A stretch of 64,000 nucleotides of DNA, from assembly GCA_947384775.1 (NCBI GenBank), contig CANDIF010000002.1:42215-106214 (forward strand), read 5' to 3'. The notes beneath the pieces are model-generated. The model saw only the letters and a list, made by a program, of their open reading frames with translations, searched no databases and was not told the origin of the DNA. A program made the translations under genes and the position numbers. Below are positions 29,739 to 39,395 of the stretch, in pieces. Origin of the DNA: an uncultured Clostridium sp. (GTDB taxonomy: Bacteria; Bacillota; Clostridia; TANB77; CAG-508). Every line of letters begins with the position of its first letter. Within the stretch, counting starts at the first letter, position 1.

Positions 29739-29833
29739 TTAGGTCTCCTCCTAACATTTTTATGTTCTCTGGGATACTTATGGTTACTATGTAACTTATT
29801 TTTATTATACCATATTTTTTTCCTTTTGACAAT

Positions 29834-30394
29834 TTACAGTAGTATTGGCTGTATTTGTTCCTCTTTTAAAGCTTTCATTGTGGTTTCCAATATATATCTA
29901 TTGCTATACATTAATGAATTAGGTTTTGTTATTGGATTATTCTGCCTAAATGGAACAAAAAAGATTTTTTTCATGTTTAGCAATTTTCCTATATTCTCTG
30001 CCTCTAGTCCTAAACCTTCTGTAGTTGCTATTCCTACTATTATGTTTTTTTCACTTTTTAAGTGCATTTCAGCAATTTCTAAAATCATTTCATCTATTAT
30101 TCCATTTGCTAATTTTGCAATAATATTACCTGAGCATGGAGCTATAATCATTAGGTCTGATTTTTTCATTTCGGATATACTGTCTCTAATACATAATGGA
30201 CTTTTATGTGTAATCTCTTCTACCGTTTTTATACTTTCTTCTACTTCTCTTACCTTTTCGCAATAATTAAAAGACATTATTGGTATAATGTCTGCACCTT
30301 CTTTTATAAGGTTTTGTATTTGAGGAATTACTTGTTTTATAGCATATAATGAACCTGTTATACCAAATGTTATCCTTTTACCTTCAAGTCTCAA
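29834..30394 (-). CDS. dpaB: dipicolinate synthase subunit B (flavoprotein)
   Basis: 186 aa. Co-linear with B. subtilis SpoVFB: KGKRI-FG-TGS..., IAPCSGN...KLANG, IFF-PF-Q--P-KPNS. Confidence 0.8.
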   Translation of the reverse strand: MRLEGKRITFGITGSLYAIKQVIPQIQNLIKEGADIIPIMSFNYCEKVREVEESIKTVEEITHKSPLCIRDSISEMKKSDLMIIAPCSGNIIAKLANGIIDEMILEIAEMHLKSEKNIIVGIATTEGLGLEAENIGKLLNMKKIFFVPFRQNNPITKPNSLMYSNRYILETTMKALKEEQIQPILL

Positions 30395-30491
30395 TGTAAT
30401 TCCTCCTCTTATTTTTATATATTATAGTATATGCTTTTATGTTAACAGGAGTGATTTCTAATTCCTACTTATATAAAATACTTTTATACCT

Positions 30492-30573
30492 ATTAAATGG
30501 AACACGGCGTCCTGTTACGAGTACGCCATGTTCCACATGAAAAAATATTTTGCAATTTTGAGATGTTTGTGTC
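30492..30573 (-). repeat. about 80-nt 3'-flank repeat (box + terminator hairpin), copy 1
   Basis: It begins immediately after the stop of the NTase gene. About 80% identical to 31514-31594. Confidence 0.75.
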
Positions 30574-31377
30574 TTATTTTTCCTCTCTACTAACTGGTTT
30601 TCTTTCTGTTGCACAAGCATTAAACGAATTAATAGTTGCGTTTTTTTCTTCTATTCCTTTAATAAAAGCTAATCTTTCTGCTTTTATATCTTGTGTTTGT
30701 CTAAACATATGAAGTCTATTATATACATCTTCTCTTATTCCATAAGTATCAACTTTTTCTATATCTGCTATATCTTTTGGTCTACTAGTTTTTGATTTAG
30801 AAAATCTTATATATTCCATACTCATAGTGTCATATTGCTGTCCATCTAGTCCTGTATATGTCATAACATAATCACTTAATTGTTCCACTTCAAGTTCTTT
30901 TATTTTGCACTGTCTTGTATATGGATCATATGTATGCTGTATTACTTTTTTATCTTTGTAAATAAATGGATATATACCAACAGGAACTCCATTAATAACA
31001 GTTTCAAATCCATAATCAATACCATCTCTTGCAAAAGTTCTACTATCATATTCTTGCTTATACAAATTTGCCTCTTGAAGTGCTTGGCGAAAATAGCTCA
31101 TGTCTTCCATTCTAACAACAATATCTATGTCATCATGAGTTCTGCCTGACTCTTGATTTAAAAGCAAATATGGTGCTACTCCTCCTGAAATATAAAATTT
31201 GTGTTTCTCATCTGTAAATAAACCCCTTAAAGTTTCATATGCTTTTTTTATTTGTTCATAACTTTTATTTTCTCTATCATTTGGATCTAAATATTCGCTT
31301 GACTTACCTATTAATGCTCTTTTGCAATGTATTCTATAATATATTGCTTTTATTTTTTCTATTATCTTATTTTTCAA
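30574..31377 (-). CDS. nucleotidyltransferase-fold protein, ANT(2'')/Lnu-like
   Basis: 267 aa, TTG start. The SGGVAPYLLLNQESGRTHDDIDIV plus DYGFE pattern resembles the GGW...R.H.DID...DYGF core of aminoglycoside/lincosamide nucleotidyltransferases. Confidence 0.55.
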   Translation of the reverse strand: MKNKIIEKIKAIYYRIHCKRALIGKSSEYLDPNDRENKSYEQIKKAYETLRGLFTDEKHKFYISGGVAPYLLLNQESGRTHDDIDIVVRMEDMSYFRQALQEANLYKQEYDSRTFARDGIDYGFETVINGVPVGIYPFIYKDKKVIQHTYDPYTRQCKIKELEVEQLSDYVMTYTGLDGQQYDTMSMEYIRFSKSKTSRPKDIADIEKVDTYGIREDVYNRLHMFRQTQDIKAERLAFIKGIEEKNATINSFNACATERKPVSREEK

Positions 31378-31513
31378 ACTTTCCCTCTTACTATAAATTT
31401 ATTTAAAATAATTATATCACCTTTTTATTATTTTTCATTCATTTTTGTAAAATTATCTAAAAAACTTTTTGGAATTTTAATTTTCCTATTTCTATATAAA
31501 TAATTTAATATCC

Positions 31514-31594
31514 ATTAAACGGAGAACGGTGTACCCTTGACGAGTACGCCGTTCTTCGCATGAAAAGATATTTTGCAATTTTGAGATGTCTTGT
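31514..31594 (-). repeat. about 80-nt 3'-flank repeat (box + terminator hairpin), copy 2
   Basis: It begins immediately after the stop of cassette E. Shares ACATCTCAAAATTGCAAAATAT-TTTTCATG plus a GGCGTACTCGT-containing hairpin with copy 1. Confidence 0.75.
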
Positions 31595-31801
31595 CTACTC
31601 CTTCGACGTAGCGACGGCATACAGAAGTATCCCATAGATAAGGAAGAAGCATCCAAGTGCACTTCCCAGCATAACTGCAACACACGCAACAGTGCTCCAC
31701 TCTGCTCCACCAGCAATTAGGTGCGTGAAAATTGCCGTGATAGCAATAATCACAAGAATTACTGCTGTTAAAGCAATGCGGACTTTTTTTGCTCTCTTCA
31801 T
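31595..31801 (-). CDS. 68-aa two-TM protein (GC-rich cassette E)
   Basis: ATG preceded by AGGAGGAGAC. Product MKRAKKVRIALTAVILVIIAITAIF... It has its own TGgTATAAT promoter. Confidence 0.55.
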   Translation of the reverse strand: MKRAKKVRIALTAVILVIIAITAIFTHLIAGGAEWSTVACVAVMLGSALGCFFLIYGILLYAVATSKE

Positions 31802-31901
31802 AGTGTCTCCTCCTACATTTTAATGTTTGCGGGGATTTCTGAATCTACCGGAGTAGTTTCGTTTTAATTATACCATATTTTAAGGTTTGCAGCAAATGTA
31901 A

Positions 31902-32501
31902 CTACTTATATAGTTTTAACACTTTTTTTATAATTTCAGTTGGCACTAAATTGGTTATATCTTCTCCTCGTTTTACTTTTTCTCTAATTGCAGTTGATGA
32001 AAGATTTATCTTTTCTATATTTTGAAGTTTACTAAATGATGCTTTATATTTTCTTAAAAAGTTATCATTTTTTATAATTCGCTCTACGCTGTCTTCTCCT
32101 CTTTCTAAAACTAACATTTTGAAGTTTTTTAACAATTCATCCGCATCATGCCAAGTTTCTAATTCTTTTAAGTTGTCAGTTCCTAGTACAAAATAAATAT
32201 CATATTCTTTGTATTGTTCTTGTATTAGTCTTAATGTTTCTATTGTATATAATTGCCTTTGGCTTGTTATTTCTATATCAGATACTTCTAATCCCTTATT
32301 ATTTTCGCATATTTTTTGTAGCATGAAAAACCTATCTTCATTTGAAGCTAGTCCTTCTTTATTATACTTAACATTAACTGGTACAAATATCACTTTTTCA
32401 ATATTGTTATCATTTTCTAAGATTTGTTTTGCCAAGCTTATATGTGAATTGGCTGGTGGATTAAAAGAACCACCAAACACTGCAATTATTCTCTTTTCCA
32501 T
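31902..32501 (-). CDS. nadD: nicotinate-nucleotide adenylyltransferase
   Basis: 199 aa. GGSFNPPANSHI (HxGH-type) motif. Confidence 0.9.
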   Translation of the reverse strand: MEKRIIAVFGGSFNPPANSHISLAKQILENDNNIEKVIFVPVNVKYNKEGLASNEDRFFMLQKICENNKGLEVSDIEITSQRQLYTIETLRLIQEQYKEYDIYFVLGTDNLKELETWHDADELLKNFKMLVLERGEDSVERIIKNDNFLRKYKASFSKLQNIEKINLSSTAIREKVKRGEDITNLVPTEIIKKVLKLYK

Positions 32502-32805
32502 AATGCCTCCAGACAGATTATATCATTAAATATCAAAATAAACAATTAGAATAAAATTTTGAAAGTGAGGGGTTCGCCTGAATGGAGCTAGAAGTTCTTA
32601 ATATATTTTATGGAAATAGTTCAATTTTACATTGAAAGGGTGCCATAAAAAATATTTAGAACTTCTGCGAACATGAAGAAGACAACTGAACTTGAAAAAT
32701 TTTATTCTAATTGTCTATTAAAATATATTAAATAATATTATTAAGGGTCGCTGAGGACAGCGACCCCTACTATTCATTATTCACCCTTTACTATTAACTA
32801 ACAGA

Positions 32806-34745
<1,940 letters not shown>

Positions 34746-34770
34746 TTCTACTCCCCCTCTTAAAAATTTA

Positions 34771-34797
34771 TTAGCAGTCAATTAGTTTGACTGCTAA
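34771..34797. promoter_or_regulatory. CIRCE (HrcA operator) inverted repeat
   Basis: TTAGCAGTC-N9-GACTGCTAA is a perfect inverted repeat matching consensus TTAGCACTC-N9-GAGTGCTAA, just upstream of groES. Confidence 0.9.
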
Positions 34798-34842
34798 TAA
34801 TTTATACCTTTTTTTAGCAATTGTCAATAGTTTTTGCTAAAA

Positions 34843-35233
34843 TTATTTTTTGTTCACTCCTATTATTCCGTCCCAATCCGCCTATTGCAATGCTTGTAGC
34901 TATCATTATTATTGAATAATTGTTGAAAGAAAAATTTTTCGAAATTATACTCGATATCAAATATAACATTATAATATAAATTGTTCCTACAAAAATTCCA
35001 TTTAATATTCCGTTCTTTTTTATTTTACTAGTTGTTATCTGACTTCCTATTAGAATGCTTATTGATGTTATTATGATTATTACTGTAGGAATTATGCTTT
35101 CACTAACATTTGTATATGTAAGAATCGCTGCCAGAATTATTAATAATACAATTGATGCTACTATTGAAAGTATACTTCCCTCTAGTATTTTTATTGCTGT
35201 ATTTGGATTACTGTTATCATTAGCTTTAACCAT
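34843..35233 (-). CDS. small multi-TM protein (TIGR04086/YrzE-like), C-terminus depends on +1 shift at CGG 34870
   Basis: ATG 35233 with AGGAGG RBS. The 0 frame ends ...IGGLGRNNRSEQKIILAKTIDNC*. The +1 frame ends ...IGGLGGIIGVNKK* (stop at 34843). Confidence 0.6.
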
Positions 35234-35376
35234 TTTTTGTTTCCTCCTATTTAATTTTATTTTGACTTTTATTTTATTCAATTATATTCATTAAAAATTT
35301 TTATATTACTTTTTGCGAAATTATAGACAAATTTTTCTTTTTTGTGTATTATATAAATAATTAATAGGAGGGAACT

Positions 35377-35730
35377 ATGAGTAATGTAAAAAAATTCACT
35401 TTATTTTTGTTTTTTATTTTTATTTTTTTAGTATCACCAGTTTGGGCTGTAGATATAAATGTACGTCCTAATAATGTATCATCTGATTCTGAAGCAACTG
35501 ATAATAATAGGACTAATAATGCAAATACATCAAGTAATCTAAATATTGTTCATAGTAATGAAACTTCTAACAACACTACATCTCGAGCACCTGCAGTTTC
35601 AACTTCAACTACGAGTTCTCGTACGCAAAATAACAAATTAACGGTTTCTGATATTATCGATATTATTGTAGCTTCTATTGGCATAGTTAATTTATTGCTT
35701 GGTATAGCTATTTTAATTCGTTTTAAATAA
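35377..35730 (+). CDS. secreted S/T/N-rich protein with C-terminal TM anchor
   Basis: 117 aa with an AGGAGG RBS, a signal peptide and a C-terminal hydrophobic helix. Confidence 0.55.
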   Translation: MSNVKKFTLFLFFIFIFLVSPVWAVDINVRPNNVSSDSEATDNNRTNNANTSSNLNIVHSNETSNNTTSRAPAVSTSTTSSRTQNNKLTVSDIIDIIVASIGIVNLLLGIAILIRFK

Positions 35731-35844
35731 ATCTTTTTCAAATAAAAATGTCTTTTTTTGTATAAAAAGGCATTTTTTTTATGAATATTTTTTTCTTAAA
35801 ATTTAATAATATTATTGAATTTTAAAAAATAGGAGGTAAATTTT

Positions 35845-36336
35845 ATGAAAAAGAAATTAATTATATTATTTGTATTTTTTGTAGCTTTATTACTTTTTTC
35901 AGGAATTACTTATGCTAATACTGAAACAAACATGTCTAATGATATAAAAAATGGTGTTAACAATGCTGGTACATCTGTTATAGATGGTGCAAGAAATCTC
36001 GGTGATGATGTAAAGAATGGCGTTAATGATATGGCTTCTGATGTGGTTAATGGTGCTGAAGAGCTTGGTGATGATGTTAGAGATGGTGTAGGTAGTGTTG
36101 AAAATGGTATTGAGGGTGCTTTTAGAATGAACAACTCTACAGATAATAGAATTGCTAGTAATTACACGGCAACAAGAACTGCTGATGATGGTGCTTCTAT
36201 GGGATTAACTAACAATACAACTACAACATGGGTTTGGATAATAATGGCAATTGCTGCAGTTATTATTGTTGCACTTATCTGGTATTATGCTGCTACACTA
36301 AATAACACTAATGATAAACATGATGACAATGAATAA
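35845..36336 (+). CDS. secreted repeat protein (DV-NGV repeats) with C-terminal TM anchor
   Basis: 163 aa with an AGGAGG RBS, a signal peptide, and repeats GDDVKNGVND / GDDVRDGVGS. Confidence 0.55.
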   Translation: MKKKLIILFVFFVALLLFSGITYANTETNMSNDIKNGVNNAGTSVIDGARNLGDDVKNGVNDMASDVVNGAEELGDDVRDGVGSVENGIEGAFRMNNSTDNRIASNYTATRTADDGASMGLTNNTTTTWVWIIMAIAAVIIVALIWYYAATLNNTNDKHDDNE

Positions 36337-36466
36337 TATTCGCTTCTTTAAAGAATAACCTGCCCTGCCATTAGAATTAAAAATTGCGGGCAGGTTCCTA
36401 TTGTCCTTGTTGTTTCATAATGAATATGATATAATGTTCTATATTTATTTAAAGGAGTACATAAAT

Positions 36467-36911
36467 ATGTCTAAGTTAATTGCAAAAAATCCTACTGCTA
36501 AGCATAATTATACAATTATTGATACTTTAGAGACTGGTATTGTTCTATTTGGAACAGAAATTAAATCTATAAAAAAACGGAAAAGTTAATTTAAAAGATA
36601 GTTACGCTGGAATTAAAAATGGCGAACTTTATATTTATAATATGCATATCAGTCCTTATGAGTTTGGAAATATTTATAATAAAAATCCTTTGCGTGATAG
36701 AAAATTACTAGCAAACAAACATGAAATTAATCGTTTAATTGGTCAAATAAAGCAAAAAGGATATTCTCTAGTTCCTATGAGTTTATATTTTAAAGGTAAC
36801 TTTGTTAAACTAGAATTGGGTATTGGTAAAGGTAAAAAACTGTATGATAAACGTCAAGATATTGCGAAACGTGATGCTGAAATACGTATGAGAAAACAAA
36901 TGGCAGAGTAA
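36467..36911 (+). CDS. smpB: SsrA-binding protein SmpB, frame interrupted (+1 needed at CGG 36578)
   Basis: The N-terminal 37 codons ([37 protein letters not shown]) and ORF 36642..36911 (NLKDSYA...NMHISPYE...[10 protein letters not shown]) are joined by reading AAA AAA c GGA AAA GTT. Confidence 0.9.
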
Positions 36912-36920
36912 AAATCAAAA

Positions 36921-36976
36921 GTCAAAAGGGACGGGGTCAAATGACATTAATGTCATTTGACCCCGTCCCTTTTGAC
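36921..36976. terminator. perfect 26-bp stem / 4-nt loop palindrome between convergent smpB and fba
   Basis: GTCAAAAGGGACGGGGTCAAATGACA-ttaa-TGTCATTTGACCCCGTCCCTTTTGAC. Confidence 0.75.
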
Positions 36977-36981
36977 TTATT

Positions 36982-37911
36982 TTATGCTTTGTTACTTGAA
37001 CAGAATACATTTTTTATTTTATATTGTACTGTTTCTTTTATCTTGTCTCTTGCTGGTCCTAAGTATTTTCTTGGATCAAATTCTGATGGTTTTTCTGCAA
37101 ATACTTTTCTTACTGTTGCTGTCATTGCTAGTCTTAAGTCTGTATCAACATTTACTTTTGATACTCCTAGTCTTCCAGCTTCTTGTAATATCTCATTTGG
37201 AACTCCTTTTGCTCCTGGAATGTCTCCTCCAAATTGATTACATGTTTCTACTAATTCTGGAATTACTGAAGACGCTCCATGTAATACTATTGGTGTATTT
37301 GGTATTTTTTCTTTTATTTTTTCTAATATATCAAATCTAAGCTTTGCTTCTCCTTTGAATTTGTATGCTCCATGACTTGTTCCTATTGCTATTGCTAAAG
37401 AGTCACAACCTGTTCTTTCTACAAATTCTTTTGCTTGTTCAGGGTCTGTATACATAGCATCAGCTGCTGAAACATTTACATCATCTTCTATTCCTGCTAA
37501 TTTTCCAAGTTCTGCTTCAACTACTACTCCTTTTGAATGTGCATATTCTACTACTTTCTTTGTTAATGCTACATTTTCTTCGAAATCATATTTTGAACCA
37601 TCTATCATTACAGATGTAAATCCAGCATCAACACACATTTTGCATGTTTCGAAGTCTGGTCCATGGTCTAAATGTAAAGCAATTGGTATATTTGTTTCCT
37701 CTGTTGCTGCTTCCACCATTTTTATTAAATAATTAATTCTTGCATATTTTATTGCACTTGATGAAACTTGTAAAATAACTGGTGAATTTTCTTCGCTTGC
37801 TGCATCTACTATTCCTTGTATAAATTCCATATTATTTACGTTAAAAGCTCCTATTGCAAAACCCTCTTTCATTGATTTTTCAAACATATTTTTAGTTGTT
37901 ACTAGTGGCAT
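36982..37911 (-). CDS. fba: class II fructose-1,6-bisphosphate aldolase
   Basis: 309 aa. ...ALHLDHG..., ...GTSHGAYKF..., LHGASS. Confidence 0.95.
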   Translation of the reverse strand: MPLVTTKNMFEKSMKEGFAIGAFNVNNMEFIQGIVDAASEENSPVILQVSSSAIKYARINYLIKMVEAATEETNIPIALHLDHGPDFETCKMCVDAGFTSVMIDGSKYDFEENVALTKKVVEYAHSKGVVVEAELGKLAGIEDDVNVSAADAMYTDPEQAKEFVERTGCDSLAIAIGTSHGAYKFKGEAKLRFDILEKIKEKIPNTPIVLHGASSVIPELVETCNQFGGDIPGAKGVPNEILQEAGRLGVSKVNVDTDLRLAMTATVRKVFAEKPSEFDPRKYLGPARDKIKETVQYKIKNVFCSSNKA

Positions 37912-38024
37912 AAATCTACCTCCTTTATTTTTATGTATCTATTCTATTTCTAAAAAATTCATTTGTCAAGTTTGATTTAAATTAAAAAAATCACTTGCCT
38001 TTTTTTAGGCAAATGATTTTTTAG

Positions 38025-38192
38025 TTATCTTACTTGTTCATAGCTTCCACACATTGATTCATCTTCAGGATTTCCATTATGACAGTTTTTGCAAGGTTCC
38101 ACTACTATGTTTTGTAATTGACATATATGATTTTGTGGATTGTTATATGCACAACTATTTACTGTACAGTTTATTGTTTGATTTTTATCCAT
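38025..38192 (-). CDS. DUF1540-like Cys-rich small protein
   Basis: MDKNQTINCTVNSCAYNN...CQL..I.V..C. ATG 38192 with AAGGAGG RBS. Confidence 0.65.
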   Translation of the reverse strand: MDKNQTINCTVNSCAYNNPQNHICQLQNIVVEPCKNCHNGNPEDESMCGSYEQVR

Positions 38193-38211
38193 AATAACTT
38201 CCTCCTTGATT

Positions 38212-39222
38212 TTAGTATGTGCAAATTTCTTCATTATATTCTTTCAATTTTTCGTCATAAACCTTGTCTTCACTATAGTCTGTTAGATTGTATTTTTCTG
38301 CCAAAATTTTTGAAAAATATTTTGAAAGTTTTGTTGCTCCTTGTAGGTTTAAATGTAGTCCTCCATCATATGTATCTTGAGAATAATCTAATCCTATATT
38401 TTCCGCTTCTTTTACTAAATTATAGTAATCTATATTATGGTTTTCAGCATATTCTTTCATTTGAGAATCATATTCATCATACCAATATGGATATACACTT
38501 GGTGCTTTTATTAATACTAATTTTATATTATTTTCTTTGCATAGCTTCGTTATTTTATCCAAATATTCATAGCATTCTTTGCTAAATTTATAATTTGCTA
38601 ATTTTCTTTTTGTTGGTAAATTTGTAACTCCTTTTACATTTTTGTTTATTAAAAATCCGTTATATGTAACTTGGTTGTCTTTAAATAAATACTCGAAATC
38701 TTCTGATGTTAATTCATCATATCTTGAATGATATCTAAGTATTGGAAACACATATGAAATAAAGGTTTCTTCATCTGTCATTGATTCTTTTATTATTTCT
38801 ATTTTTTCTTTTGACCATTTCATATTGTCTATAGTTAGTCTGTTATATGCTTCACTAACTTTATCACTATTTTTATCATACCTCATTGAGTTTACATTTA
38901 AAACTACAACTTTTGGCATCTCATATTTTAGTGTCTCTTTCAAAATGCAATATGATTGCCAAATCATCTGTTGTGACGATCCTCTTACATATGCTTTTAT
39001 GCCTTCTTCTTCATACATTACCATTGGTGAAAAATTTGCATACACTTCACAGTCTCCTATGAATATTACTTCGTGGTCTTTGGGTTCTTTATAGTATTCT
39101 GATATCATGCTTCCTTCTACCAACGTTGTCGCATATTTAGGCTGAAGTAGCATATTTAATAAGGTGAATAGCATTATAAAGATTATTAATATTATTATTG
39201 TTTTCAATATGTTTTTTATCAT
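38212..39222 (-). CDS. membrane-anchored SGNH/DltD-like hydrolase (partner of the MBOAT protein)
   Basis: 336 aa. N-terminal TM, an early GDCE (GDS-like) motif, and a position directly downstream of an MBOAT gene. Confidence 0.55.
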   Translation of the reverse strand: MIKNILKTIIILIIFIMLFTLLNMLLQPKYATTLVEGSMISEYYKEPKDHEVIFIGDCEVYANFSPMVMYEEEGIKAYVRGSSQQMIWQSYCILKETLKYEMPKVVVLNVNSMRYDKNSDKVSEAYNRLTIDNMKWSKEKIEIIKESMTDEETFISYVFPILRYHSRYDELTSEDFEYLFKDNQVTYNGFLINKNVKGVTNLPTKRKLANYKFSKECYEYLDKITKLCKENNIKLVLIKAPSVYPYWYDEYDSQMKEYAENHNIDYYNLVKEAENIGLDYSQDTYDGGLHLNLQGATKLSKYFSKILAEKYNLTDYSEDKVYDEKLKEYNEEICTY

Positions 39223-39395
39223 ATATTACCTTTTCCTTTTATAAAATGTAGTACAAAGTAGCCAAACGCAGGAGTTTCATATTTCTTTTGTTTGAAGACC
39301 CCCGAAAAACATCGTAGGCGTATCAAACGTGGGTTCAATAAAAAAGAAATATCAAACTCCGACGAGATTTGGCGGATTTATTAGTATATAGTAAA

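Noticed and set aside
30492-31594. Integron-like gene cassettes with attC sites.
   Set aside because: Only two copies are present. There is no integrase or attI in the window. The genes carry their own promoters, and I could not recognise the R/L core-site pattern of attC. Reported only as a direct repeat.
31492-31716. ORFs 31492..31716 and 31515..31700 overlapping cassette E and its terminator.
   Set aside because: They are alternative frames of the GC-rich segment that run through the terminator hairpin. Only 31595..31801 has an RBS and a promoter.
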